DNA from: Octopus sinensis
Taxonomy: Eukaryota
Assembly: GCF_006345805.1 (NCBI RefSeq)
Contig: NC_043013.1
Location: 37,820,001-37,884,000 of the forward strand
DNA: 64,000 nt
Direction: 5' to 3'
Both the position numbers and the translations under genes were made by a program. Below, one piece after another: positions 1 to 17,744 of this stretch. The notes under the pieces are model-generated. The model did not search any database. It was not told the origin of the DNA and saw only the letters and a program-made list of their open reading frames with translations. Position 1 is the stretch's first letter, and each line of letters opens with the position of its first letter.

Positions 1-184
1 CATACGCAACAAAAAATCATCCTTGAGCTAGCAGACACACACATATGTGTGTATGTATGTATGTATGCATGTATGTATGTATGTATATACGTCATTGCTT
101 ACGATGCATACAAAGGCACTTCATATATATGTATATATACATACACATTATACACATATACACGCACACACATATATATATATA

Positions 185-360
185 TTATTTTATTCTTTTA
201 CTTACTTCAGTCATTTGACTTCGGTAATATTCTTTTCTATCGGTCTCTTTTGCCGAATCCACAAATTACGGGGAAGTAAATACACCAACATCTGTTATCA
301 AGCGATGGTGGCGGGGGCAAACACAGACACACAAATACACACACACACACACATATATAC

Positions 361-393
<33 letters not shown>

Positions 394-545
394 TCAGTAT
401 CCATCTACCAAATCCACTCACAAGGCTTTGGTCGTCCCGAGGTTATTGTAGAAGATACTTATTGAAAGTGCCACGCAGTGCAACTGAACCCAGAACCATG
501 TAGTTGGTAAGCAAGCTACTTATCACACTGCCACTCCTGCCACTA
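185..545 (-). mobile_element. tRNA-derived SINE family A (tRNA head, CORE-like block, internal microsatellite, 3' module), partly deleted copy
   Basis: Reverse complement of the GGAGTGGCTGTGTGGTAAGTAGCTTGC...GACTGAAACAAGTAAAAGA family present as full copies at 25538, 44384, 52517 and 60152. Confidence 0.85.
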
Positions 546-634
546 TATATAGATATTTAACTACCAATGTATGAAGCTCTTGGTCCCTGAGTCATTCTGA
601 CGACTATTATACAACAAAAACTTTCACATAAATA

Positions 635-960
635 TCTATTATATAAAATCCGTTCTGTCTGTGTGTGTCTTCTGGGATCTCGGGCATCCTCCATCCGATT
701 GCGCTCACATTTGATATGTAGATGCCGACGGTATCAGGGTGTGTATAAGTCTTGAAAAAATTACAGAAATCGATTCCAGGTGAGAATGCGATCGATAAAG
801 TGAATAAAATCGTTTTTCTTTGGAATAGAAAAAAAGTCTATCTTTATTTCTTCTTTTGCTGGTGTCTCAAATTTAGGTTGAATCAGTGTTTGTCAAATGG
901 GACGGTCGGACAAGTTGTTTTGAGAAAATTTGGTTAAATGTTTGACAACTCAGCACTGTC
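635..960 (+). mobile_element. Probable non-autonomous Helitron-like element, 5' part (3' end not located)
   Basis: Starts A|TCTATTATATAAAA followed by a TCTG/TGTG microsatellite and TCCGATTGCGCTCACATTTG, an arrangement typical of Helitron-N 5' ends; no CTRR terminus identified. Confidence 0.4.
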
Positions 961-1912
961 TATTTGACGGGGAACGTTTTGCTCGTATTAATATATTTTC
1001 AGATAGCTTCCTGTTGGACGCTTTTAAAATGTTTATCTTTCATTTCAGTAAATATATTTCAGCGTAAATCACACGCTAGACATTCCTTACCGATAACGTA
1101 TCATGTATTAATTCAAATGCAGCGTAATCGGCATCAAGCCGATATTTTATATTCTAGCTTCCACACCAAAAAAGAACTCTAGCTTTCCGTTGCTCACACT
1201 ACAAATTGCATCCAGTACTACCAGTTAACGAATGACTGTTCAGGAAAGAAATTATGTGCATCTTTTACAACTCGTTTCAATCCTATGTGGGAATCTTCAA
1301 ATGTCTTTTCGATCTCATGAATTAGTTATCGAATTTCTCTCAGAATATTTCATGATATCTTTCAAATTGTTCACATTGGATAACAAGTGGGGCTAATCAT
1401 GAGTTCGACACATACGATCATAGATCTGGTCAATCAAGGACAAATTCGTGGACTAATCAATATGGACAGCAACAATCATTAGTATAGCAAGCTAAAGCAC
1501 TCTGAATCTCGAGAACTAAGCTGTGAAATGTTTTCTCTAGGGACAGTGTATTGTCTATGAAAGGATAAGAAATCGCTCATGTAACCGATTACGTTAGGAA
1601 GGCAAATCAAAAGATTTAAGAGGTTTTATTTTATTATTCAATCGCAAAACTCTGGTCGAAATGTGAGAAATACGATCCTCTAGTTACGTGAGGAAGTATG
1701 TGTAATTCTTGTCATACAAAAGTGATTACAAATATATTGTATACACACACACACACAAACACACATACATAAACACCCAAACATGCGCACACACACGCGT
1801 AAGCATATATGTTTGCATATAAATATATATTTATGTTTTTATACATACATAGAGTGAGAGCTCCAGATACATAGATAGATAGATAGATAGATAGATAGAG
1901 ATAGATAGATAG

Positions 1913-1948
<36 letters not shown>

Positions 1949-2021
1949 GCATACATGCATGCAAAACGATATAAATTATATGTGCGTGTATATAAATATA
2001 TATGTATATATACATATATAT

Positions 2022-2068
<47 letters not shown>

Positions 2069-2076
<8 letters not shown>

Positions 2077-2804
2077 CAACAATTGAGGGTAAAATTAATT
2101 AATTAATAATCAATTTCACCAAGTATTCATATGCAAAGGGACCATTTAAGGCAAATTCAAATTATTACATATATAAAAGGCTTAGTAAAAAATTACTTTG
2201 CCGCATACTGAACTCGTTAGAAATAGCAGCTAAAAAACTATTTCTAACACTTAAAGAAAACCTCTCTCATATAGTGTTTGCTCAATTCAACCCAGAAAGT
2301 ATGAGGGTAGAGACATTAAAAATCAAATGCAAAGGTATTTGAGTACGTACGTTCAAGATTAGCCAAATTCGACCCTTCTCTCATCAGCTCAGAATGCCCT
2401 TGTTTGAGTTTGAAAACACTGAAAATGGGAGCATACCCTTTCGGCTTGTTATCGCTTCTGAAGATCTGTTCCAAACTAACAGTGCAGCTAACTCAAATAT
2501 GCAAGAGAAAAATTTCTGTTCTCCCCCTTCCACCAGCGTGGGTTAAAATCAGCAAACACTATGCTTTTTTTCGGTAAAATCCAGACAATTAAGTAGAGAG
2601 AGATGAATTATAATTTCAACAATTGAGGGTAAAATTAATTAATTAATTAATCAATTTCACCAAGTATTCAGTATGCAAAGGGACCATTTAAGGCAAATTC
2701 AAATTATTACATTATATAAAAGGGCTTAGTAAAATAAATTACTTTGCCGCATACTGAACTCGTTAGAAATAGCAGCTAAAAAAAAAAAAAACTATTTCTA
2801 ACAC
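2069..2804 (-). mobile_element. Partial-tandem (about 1.35-mer, 540-bp period) non-coding element with a hammerhead-like motif; Penelope-like or retrozyme-like
   Basis: 2069-2250 is repeated at 2609-2804; each repeat ends in the hairpin GTTAGAAATAG..CTATTTCTAAC; (TA)n on both flanks; hammerhead motif at 2340-2391. Confidence 0.65.
2340..2391 (-). ncRNA. Type I hammerhead ribozyme-like motif (one A missing from GAAA)
   Basis: Minus strand TGAG-CTGATGA-GAGA..18 nt..TCTT-GAA-C-GTAC-G-TA-CTCA: stem I 4 bp, stem II 4 bp, palindromic stem III. Confidence 0.6.
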
Positions 2805-3077
2805 ATATATATATATATATATACACACACATATATACTCACAAACATTCACAGGGGTTAAATTACAGCAATATTCGTCTAAACCAGGACTGCCATTTTA
2901 TGTTGGCAAATAATTTTATAATCCAAATTACTGTTGCTGAATATCTTCGTTGTGAGATCACAAATAGTAATTTTCTAATTTACATACCTATTTACAAAAA
3001 ATAATCCACACATAGAAACATACACGTTTATACACACAGACACACACATATTTATATACACACTTAGATAGATACTC

Positions 3078-3120
<43 letters not shown>

Positions 3121-4819
3121 GAGAGAGAGAGAGAGAGAAAGTTAGAGTGACAGACAGATAGAATGTAAGAGAGAGATGAGAGGGGAGTAAGGGGTAACTG
3201 ATTGACCAGTAGATAGATAAACAGCAAAGCACATGCGCGCGCGGACGCACACACAAAGGCAGGCAGATACATGTTCATTTATATGCTTAATAAGTTTGAT
3301 TTATAGAACTAACTGAGAATTTGATGTCGAAATCTGAAAGCAAGGAATTAATGGAAAGTCCAATTTGTAATGTAGTAGGTATGTAATATTCCGGTGTTAA
3401 TACAAGTTTTGAAAAGCCAGCGTAAAATTTGTAATTTACGTCTCATAGTCGAAATAAGTCAGTTTTAGAAAATTACATACATATATTTGTCCGTTTTTTG
3501 TTCTCTTAATTAGGACGAATAAACGGAGGTGGTGGGGGTATTTAACAGTACCCATGGCATTCATTGAGGTTCATCAGTCTTGAGAAATATATGCGGTTAA
3601 TGTTATTTATTACCCTTTTCTTTTCTTATGTTTTTTTGTATAAAATGCATAACATGAAACATTTGAAAACAAAATAATAATAATAATAAAAATAATAAAG
3701 GTTTGTTTTGTGAAAGTCTCAGTGGAGACTAACATCTTTATATCATCTGAAGACAACGAAACTGTCAAATAGAATATTTTACAACTTGTTGAAAATGTCT
3801 TAGCGGATTGTTTTCCTGTTATGAAACAAGAAGCACAAATGAAACATCTTGTGTATGCTTAAAGTAGTATGTGTTCATTTTATTTATCATATATTTATTA
3901 GTGTTCGATATTAATATATATAATTGAATCTATTTTTATTTTGTACTGATTTACGGCTTTCCCCTTATAGCTTGTATCTATATTTTTGCTGCTGTTGTTT
4001 GGAGATTTGCACATCTTTTGTTTTGATTTTATATTTTTTTCCTTCAGTTTTGTTTTTAATATATATACTGTTTTGATTTCATCTAATTTCAAAGAAGAGA
4101 TTTAGATGTGTTCATAAGTTTTCGAACTTCGCAAATTCATAAGTTGTGATTTCAAATCTACAGAAGGCTTCTGAATTCGTTTCAAAAATTAGGATTCTTA
4201 CTTTAGGCACCTTATCTATATCCATTTTTAGGCAGAAACAAAACGGAAAGCATAGAATCTAAAGCTTTTCACTTATAGGTCATAGGCATTTTATTCAGAA
4301 AAAAAACATAATATTCCTTTTTCTCTGTAAAATAGATAAAACACTATTGTATACCATTGAACATGGAGGAAACAAACAACTGACACACTAACCATAAACT
4401 GTCTCAGTGGTAGCATACTGTAACAAGAAATATATCTGAAATCGTGTACTCTATACGACAAACTACAGCATGCTAGGAAGAACCAAAAAATTCTTCATTT
4501 GCCAGAAAAATTACTATAACCACGTGCCAATGTCAGAGATTCCGCTGTAGATAACGTAAGGCAAAAACTGTGCTGATGACGCTTATTGAGGAAGGAGAAA
4601 CGCTTTTCTTTTTTTCCATTTTTTGTCTCTTTGATTAATGGCATAGCATGCCACCGGCTTATCTGAGTGCTTTCCCGTAGATAATTTTTATGTATCTATA
4701 TACATATATATATATATATATACCTATGTGTGAGCATATATATGTATGTATGTACGTACGTACACATGCACATGTATATCTATATATATATACATATATA
4801 ATATATATATATATTATAT

Positions 4820-4850
4820 TAATAATAACATAATATATATGTATATATAT

Positions 4851-4889
<39 letters not shown>

Positions 4890-5021
4890 GTACTGTTGAG
4901 AGATTGACATTTGGAAATACATATATATGAGTATATAAACATATGAATATACTCTATTATACGACCATTTATATATCTATACACTTATGTACGTGCACTA
5001 ATACGTATACAGATTCATTTA

Positions 5022-5064
<43 letters not shown>

Positions 5065-5384
5065 TTATCTTTCTATTCTTGTCCCGTGACTGCCTCAATC
5101 CACATTTTTTGATATTTGATCTAAACCTCTTCAGTTGCGTCATCCTTACATTGTTAATTATCTCGTAACAACAGTTTAAGGCAATTACTATACAATAAGT
5201 GGCAGATAAATTGGAAGAGAATATGTGAGGATTTTTTCGTTCCTGTGTTCGTAGGTGAATGTGATTTTTGTGTTGGAGACAGATATCGTTTTAGATAGAC
5301 AGACAGATAGGTAGACTGTTTAGGGAAATGCAGATATTAATGTGTTTGTGTATATATATATACATACATACACTAAAATTCTTG

Positions 5385-5440
<56 letters not shown>

Positions 5441-5770
5441 TAAATGTATATTCAAGCATCGAAAGCATATACCATTGATAAATGTATGCGTCTCTGCTTG
5501 TAATATATATATATAATAAATATATATATATCTATATATATATATATATATAGATATATATATATATATATTATAATAATAACATAATATATATGTATAT
5601 ATATTATATATGTGTGTGTGTGTGTGGTGGTGTGTGCGTGTGTACTGTGAGAGATTGACTTTGGAAATACATATATATGAGTATATAAACATATGAATAT
5701 ACTCTATTATACGACCATTTATATATCTATACATTATGTACGTGCACTAATACGTATACAGATTCATTTA

Positions 5771-5813
<43 letters not shown>

Positions 5814-6131
5814 TTATCTTCTATTCTTGTCCCGTGACTGCCTCAATCCAAATTTTTTGATATTTGATCTAAACCTCTTCAGTTGCGTCATCCTTACATT
5901 GTTAATTATCTCGTAACAACAGTTTAAGGCAATTACTATACAATAAGTGGCAGATAAATTGGAAGAGAATATGTGAGGATTTTTTCGTTCCTGTGTTCGT
6001 AGGTGAATGTGATTTTTGTGTTGGAGACAGATATCGTTTTAGATAGACAGACAGATAGGTAGACTGTTTAGGGAAATGCAGATATAATGTGTTTTGTATA
6101 TATATATACATACATACACTAAAATTCTTTG

Positions 6132-6183
<52 letters not shown>

Positions 6184-6295
6184 ATATATATATATATATT
6201 ATATATATATATATATATAATATATATAAATGTATATTCAAGCATTCGAAAGCATATACCATTGATAAATGTATGCGTCTCTGCTTGTAATATAT
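4820..6295. repeat. Near-identical tandem duplication, period about 0.72-0.78 kb
   Basis: About 4820-5510 matches about 5575-6295; differences are mostly single-base indels and microsatellite length. Confidence 0.9.
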
Positions 6296-6627
6296 ATATA
6301 TATATATATATATATCTATATATATTTATGTATGTATGCATGTATGTATGTATGTATGTATGTATGTATGTATGTATGTATGTATGTATGTATGTATATG
6401 GATATATATATTTATGCACATGCAGAGTGGCAGGAAGAGAGACGTCAGAGAAATAGAAAGAAAGACAGAAATGGAGACAGACAGATATAGAGTTGAGTAA
6501 ACTAATAATCATTGCTTATATATTACATTGACGAGACCTAGAGGCGAAATGTGTACAAGTATTTTTTGTGTCTGTCTATCTACCTATCTATCTGTCTGTC
6601 TGTCTGTCTGTCTATCTACCTACCTAC

Positions 6628-6685
<58 letters not shown>

Positions 6686-6758
6686 CTACATCTTTGTATG
6701 ATTCCATTTATCTGTTTCTTTCTTTATAACAACACATTTTCTATCTCTGTCTCTTTCA

Positions 6759-6814
<56 letters not shown>

Positions 6815-6918
6815 TCGCACGCAAAGAGATATCCCGTTATATATGTAAGTATTCACATATATATATAAACATATGCACACATGTAATTATGTGTTCTTGT
6901 GTGTATATGTGGGTGTAC

Positions 6919-6959
<41 letters not shown>

Positions 6960-7462
6960 CGTACATATATATATGTATATATATATATGTATATACATAC
7001 GTACATATATATATATATATATGTGTGTATATATATATATATATATACATACATATATACACGCACTCATACATAAATATATATGAACACACTCAAACAC
7101 ATGCATATACATTCGTTACAATCCACTTTTCCTCTCCTTCCCTTTTTTTTCCTCCCATTTATTTGACAGGAAGATTCTGCGCCAGCTTCCATTACTTACG
7201 CGAAATGGCAATCGTTTTCAATCTGAAAAATCAAGCCCTCCTGTAAATAAGCTGTCCAAAGCAGCTAAAGTAAATGGATATATATGTCGCTAGGAGGCGT
7301 ATATGTCACTTTAGACTAGATCTCCCTTGTCAGCGTCGGTTGATGTCTCTTTTATACCATGGGGCAATGCGAAAAGGATGACGCAATTTAGATAAACGGA
7401 CACGAAAATCTGCCGTAATTTGTTCGTACAAGAACTGATGCTTAGGATGGCTCATGGTGGCT

Positions 7463-7485
7463 GTATATGTATGTATGTATGTATG

Positions 7486-7547
<62 letters not shown>

Positions 7548-7615
7548 TGTATGTATGTATGTATGTATGTATGTATGTATATATGTATGTATGTATTATG
7601 TATGATGTATGTATG

Positions 7616-7648
<33 letters not shown>

Positions 7649-7982
7649 ATATGTAGTATGTATGTATTATGTATGTATGTATGTATTATGTATGTATATA
7701 TGTAAATGTATGTATGTATGTATGTATGTATGTATGTAGTATGTATGTATGTATGTATGTATGTATGTATGTATGTATGTATGTATGTATGTATGTTCTG
7801 TATGTATGTATGCATGCATGTATGTATGATGTATGTATGTAGTATGTATGTATGTATGTATGTATGTATGTGTGTATGTATGTATGTATGTATGTATGTA
7901 TGTATGTAGTAGTATTGTATGTATGTATTAAATGTATGTATGTATGTATGTATGTATGTATGTATGTATGTATGTATGTATG

Positions 7983-8016
<34 letters not shown>

Positions 8017-8165
8017 TGTATGTTGTATGTATGTATGTATGTATATATGTATGTATGTATGTAGTATGTATGTATGTATGTATGTAGGTATGTATGTATG
8101 TATGTATGATGTATGTATGTATGTATGTATGTATGTATGTATGTGTGTATGTATGTGTGTATGCA
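7463..8165. repeat. (ATGT)n tetranucleotide array, about 700 bp, imperfect
   Basis: Direct reading. Confidence 0.98.
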
Positions 8166-8167
8166 TG

Positions 8168-12172
<4,005 letters not shown>

Positions 12173-12179
12173 CAGATAG

Positions 12180-12318
<139 letters not shown>

Positions 12319-12759
12319 TGTAAGAATCGTATAGATATCAGAGTAACCACATTGATGATAATCTCCGATGAAATTCCATCTTGGAAAATTTTGCATAAAA
12401 TCATTCTTTCCAGTGCCACTATTGTTAGTTGCCCGTATAACTGTCGATAAAATCCGCGCCATAGCCTTTTAGGAATAAAGCAATACCATCATGGATGATC
12501 TCTATAGTATGGATGACCAGAATTGCTAGAGGAAAAGTATTTATTCGGATGATACTACAGGTTACTGTGTTAAACCCTTAAAGATGCCAAGAAAGTCAAC
12601 AGACTTTGATTACTAATATGATCTCACACACATACACACACACACGCATACACACAAACAAACACACGCACGCACACACATATATGCTCGAGCGCATTTC
12701 GTGGTGAGCAAAAGAAAGAATATGATGAAGCGAGGGGACAAGTTTTAACAAATATATGG

Positions 12760-12795
12760 GTTTAACGCTCCGGATGCCAGCCCTCCATCGGAAAA
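12760..12795 (-). ncRNA. Degenerate minimal hammerhead-like motif
   Basis: Minus strand TTT-CCGATGG-A-GGG-CTGGCA-TCC-GGAG-CG-TT-AAA; U4C plus three core A>G differences from CUGANGA/GAAA. Confidence 0.4.
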
Positions 12796-12973
12796 TACAG
12801 AAAGATATTGAGAAAATATAAAAGTTTACGGGGCCCTAGGTTTATGCAAGAAGTTAGGAGATTTGGTGTGTGAATAATTAGGAGAGTATCTGTGTGCCAT
12901 ATATATATAGACCCTCAGCTCCTACACGCATTTTTTCCTCTCCTTGTTTCTCTCCTTGTTTTTTTTCTGTGTA

Positions 12974-13011
12974 TCTTTCTGTCGAAGAGCGTAGGCTCGA
13001 AACGTAAAAGA
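12974..13011 (+). ncRNA. Minimal type I hammerhead motif, A6U core variant, in a roughly 190-bp element (about 12910-13100)
   Basis: TCTTT-CTGTCGA-A-GAGC-GTAG-GCTC-GAAA-CG-TA-AAAGA: 5-bp stem I, 4-bp stem II, ACGT palindrome in place of stem III. Confidence 0.7.
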
Positions 13012-13156
13012 CTTTTTCTATTCCTGAGCGCTATACTAATACATTTGTTTGTTTGTACTCCACCTGCCTTCGTCTTTTGTTTATTTTCGTAAACTTTCCC
13101 TCTATATATATATATATTTATGTATTATATATATTATATATATATATTATATATAT

Positions 13157-13201
<45 letters not shown>

Positions 13202-14481
13202 ATCTATTATGTATGTATGTATGTATGTATGTATGTATGTATGTATGTATGTATGTATGTATGTATGTGTATGTGTGTGTGTATGCATGTATCTATATAT
13301 ATTGTGTGTGTGTATGTGTGTGTACTTTTATATATTCGTCGATATATATATTCACGTGCACACGAGCGCGCCCACAAGACACATACATATTTACGTTATA
13401 TATAGTACGTATATAACAATAGGTTCCTATAATCAGTTATTCATTAATCCCTACTTTTATATGTCTCCCAAACAATCTCTCTGCTAAACTTCATTAGATT
13501 AAGAGTGTGACGTCATTAGTTGATGAGACAAATTCATTCGTAAAATATATAAGGCAAAATTAGCATACGTGATATCCATATATGGATATCATATATATGC
13601 GTGATCTCCGTATATATAAGGTCAAATTAGCATGTGATATCCACATTATATTTCAGCCTTGTTGGTGCTTCAGAGCAAATGGGCAAAAATCGGGTTGATT
13701 TCGAAAGAGAGAAACATTGACCCAGTAATTTACGGCACGATATAAGGAAAATTGGATCTTGGTAGAATTTGAGCTCAGAACATAGAGATCTGGAACAAGC
13801 TTTACACATATTTTTGCCTGATGCCTTAACGATTCTTCCAATTTCCCTCATTCATTTTTACATCTGTAAATACATACTTACACACACACACACACATAAG
13901 ACATATACACACACAAACACACACACATAAGACATATACACACACAAACGCACACATAAGACATACACACACTCACACACATATACACACGCATGATTAA
14001 AGAGTGTGTATATATGTTATGTTTGTTGTATGCAATTTAAATATACATATATAAATATGCATTCTATACATATATGCATACTTATATAAACCTATATTCA
14101 CGTATGTGTGCGTTTGTGTGAACGCGTGTGTAAGTATGTATGTAACAAAACTGCTTGAGTGTCTATGTACGTATCAATGTATTGATTAATACGCCTAGTT
14201 TTGTGTTCCCGATTTTTAATCCTAAAACACTGTTGCATACGAAGTGTGCCCCTCCCAATATTTTATCAATATCACAACTTGCCTTCGTTCTCAGCCTTTT
14301 GTTCATTTAAATTTATTTTATTTCCCTCTCACCCATAGACATACAAAACACACATATGCGTATATGTATGTGTGTATGTGTGTGTGTGAGTGCGTGTGTG
14401 TTTTACGTTTGTGCATGTATATTTGCCTGCGTATGTTTTTACCTGTATTGTGCATATGTAGCTCTGAACCTTTGTGTGTGT

Positions 14482-14527
<46 letters not shown>

Positions 14528-15280
14528 TCGCACGCTTGCATATGTAGTGAAAAAAAATCAATAATGTATTTTCTATTTTCTATTCTGCTATTAATTTTTA
14601 TTAAAACCCTGTCTCTTATGACAATTCAATAATCTATTGAAATGAAACACGTTTGTCTGTTCATACATGTAACTACTCCCAGGGGCATATACTTATGCGG
14701 CCGAAAGGACTCAAGAAAAAATCTCCCGCCATTCCCCACTTTCACTATCTCACTACCTTTCACTCTTTTCATAATACATAATATGTGTGTATGTATACGC
14801 AGACATACACATCTCAATATAGGTCTATCTTTCTCACTTACTGCGTCTCTCTCGCTTTCTCATACGCAGATACTCACATGCTTTGCTGCTTATAAATGGC
14901 TTAAGTACCTTCTAATTCCGACTTTTTATAAATATGTATAATTAGTTCCAGAAATGTAAATAGTTCCTTCCACTCAGCGAGTGGGTTGTGGGGTTATGTA
15001 TGGGAATATCTACAACTAAAGTAATCAACTAGAAGCGTGCGTTAATTTAAAGCCATAATCAAAGTAGATAAATATATAAGCTATATTTACTTAAATGGTT
15101 TCTAAGATCGATGTCGATAGAAACTTATAGAAACTTATGTTGCACGTACGTCGAACAGATGGCGGAAACATTTTAAATTCAAACTTGATAATAGTATACG
15201 AATTGTATGTTAATTAAGCATTCCATATAACTTTATGTAGATGGTATCTATCTATGTGTATGTATGTATTATGTATATAT

Positions 15281-15322
<42 letters not shown>

Positions 15323-15352
15323 CTCTATCTATCTATATATATATATATATAT

Positions 15353-15386
<34 letters not shown>

Positions 15387-15407
15387 ATATATATTATATA
15401 TATTATA

Positions 15408-15448
<41 letters not shown>

Positions 15449-15449
<1 letters not shown>

Positions 15450-15732
15450 AGGCGGCGAGCTGGCAGAATAATGACATTATTGTGTACAGTGCTCAGGTGC
15501 ACCACAACTTGTCAAAAGTGTGTATAAAGCACGCCGGGCGAAATACGTAGCCGTATTTCGTCTGCCGTTACGTTCTGAGTTCAAGTTCCGCCGAGGTCGA
15601 CTTTGCCTTTCATCGTTTCGGGGTCGATAAATTAAGTACCAGTTACCCACTAGGGTCGATGTAATCGACTTAATCCGTTTGCCTGTCCTTGTTTGTTCCC
15701 TCTGTTTAGCCCCTTGTGGGCAATAAAGAAAC
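15449..15732 (+). mobile_element. SINE family B (tRNA-like head, Meta-type central domain, tail 1) with a 59-bp insert at 15469-15527
   Basis: AAGGCGGCGAGCTGGCAGAA...GAGGTCGACTTTGCCTTTCATC..GGGGTCGATAAATTAAGTACCAG...AGCCCCTTGTGGG..TAAAGAAA. Confidence 0.9.
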
Positions 15733-15739
15733 ATATATA

Positions 15740-15790
<51 letters not shown>

Positions 15791-16929
15791 ATACACAACA
15801 CATACATATATATATATGTGTGTACGTGTATGTAGGCATGAACGTCTATATATGTGTGTGTGTGTCTGACTGTATATGTGTATAGGTATGCCCTCATATA
15901 TCTATATATATATATGTATATACAAACTATAATGTTACGTAATTTAAAACTATGTGTGTGTGTGGTTACTGAACGTATTGTGTATTATATATTGCTAATT
16001 GAAACTGAATTATATATTGTGACTAAAACCATGAAACTCACTAGAAATGATAGCCTTTACCTTTACCAATGTTCACCTTTGACGAACGCAAATTTTCAAC
16101 AAAGAAAAGCCTAACTTTCTTATTTACTGTCCAGCAATTCCTCAGATTCCTGTGACTTCTAGCTCTTAGCTATAGAGGCGTACTGTTAGAAAATTTTGCA
16201 ATTTCTGGTTATTACTCGTCTACAAACCTCAGGTGACACTTTCGATTTTGTAGGGTTGTCTTGGATGATGGTGTAAACTAGTAGGCCTACAGTCTTCCTA
16301 TAGCATCCCACAAAGAAAGCTGTTCGGCTGATGTTCATGCTTCAAACACCATTCCGCAATCGCGTAGTCTCCTATCTCCGATATTAACCCTCTACTACTA
16401 TAATCTCTGCTCTGGGTGGCTGGTTCTTTGCCTCCTTTTACTTTCACGCAATCTGGCCTTAGAAATATTTCTCTTTATTATCTATATTTTGTCACAGTCC
16501 CTAGTACTTACATCAAGCGCAACACTATATTTTCCTCACCATAACATAGTCTTCTGTAATTTATTTTCTGTTACACATTTACTTGTATCTGTCGAACAGC
16601 TTTAGAACATTATTAGCGTCAATCTTCAGAGTTTAGGGAAACTGCTGTGACCATCAGTATAAATATTTTATCTAAGCCACAGCAATAGTGAAAATAAGTA
16701 TAGATATGGTTCTCTGAATGTATTATATATCAAGGTTAAACGCTTTTATTAGAAAACACTATTTCGGATGTAAAATGTGTTTGCTACAAGATAACGGAAT
16801 ACCTAAAATGTCCATTTTCCCAACACTGTTATATAAAAGTCCCCTTTATTACTATATATACATCCTTTCAAATATGTAATATGTAATGTGTGTGTGTAAA
16901 AGAACAAAGCTCCTTCCTGATTATCCTCA

Positions 16930-17144
16930 TAAAGTCGGTTTCCTGGATTCTGTGGTGTATATATCTCCTCTCCATGGACGGGAGGCAGGTTCCCGCACAG
17001 TTACTGATTTTCGTCAGCTGACAGGACTGGGGTAAAACAAAACGAAGGGTTTTGCTCGATAACAAAACTCATCACCTCGTCCAGGAATCGAAAGCTCAAT
17101 CATACGATCATGAGTGCAACATCCTACCCACTAAGCCACCGAGA

Positions 17145-17175
<31 letters not shown>

Positions 17176-17179
17176 CCAT

Positions 17180-17210
<31 letters not shown>

Positions 17211-17587
17211 CACATACGCACAGGTACTTCTACGAGTTTACAGAGGTTATTTAGAGACATACTAACACTCCGTTGGTTACGACAACAAGAGTTTTATTTG
17301 ACCCGATCAACGGACCAGCCTGCTCATTAAATTAACGGGCAAGTAGCATACCATTCCACAGACGTGTGTGTTACTGACGTAGTTCTCGTGGAGAGTCAGT
17401 GCGACGCAGAATGTAAAATGGCTGTTCTTTTAAAATGAAGATACAACTCACTTTGCCAGCTGAATGGGCTGGAGCAGAGGTGAAATAAAGTGCCTTGCCC
17501 AAGGACAGAATGCGACGTTGCGAATCGAAATCACAAAATGACGACGATAAACCGAATGTACCTAACCTCTGTGCCACGCGCTTTCAC
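16930..17587 (-). mobile_element. Two old CORE-type tRNA SINE relics (about 16930-17145 and 17215-17587)
   Basis: Minus strand GCGCGTGGC..GGTTAG head, B-box-like GATTTCGATTC and CORE-like CTTGGGCAAGGCACTTTATTTCAC; related relics near 37745-37960 and 38760-38975. Confidence 0.65.
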
Positions 17588-17625
17588 ATTTATAGACATA
17601 TCTCTACGAATACACACAGATATAT

Positions 17626-17681
<56 letters not shown>

Positions 17682-17744
17682 AATATATATATATATAATA
17701 TATATATATATGTGTACATATGATTATGTATAGATATATTTTAT

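Noticed and set aside
3745-3770. CTGAAGA-CAAC-GAAA-CTG-TC hammerhead-like string
   Set aside because: No stem II and no stem I; compatible with chance
6523-6556. TTGACGA-GACC-TAGA-GGC-GAAA-TGTG-TA possible decayed hammerhead
   Set aside because: Needs several corrections and stem I does not form in register
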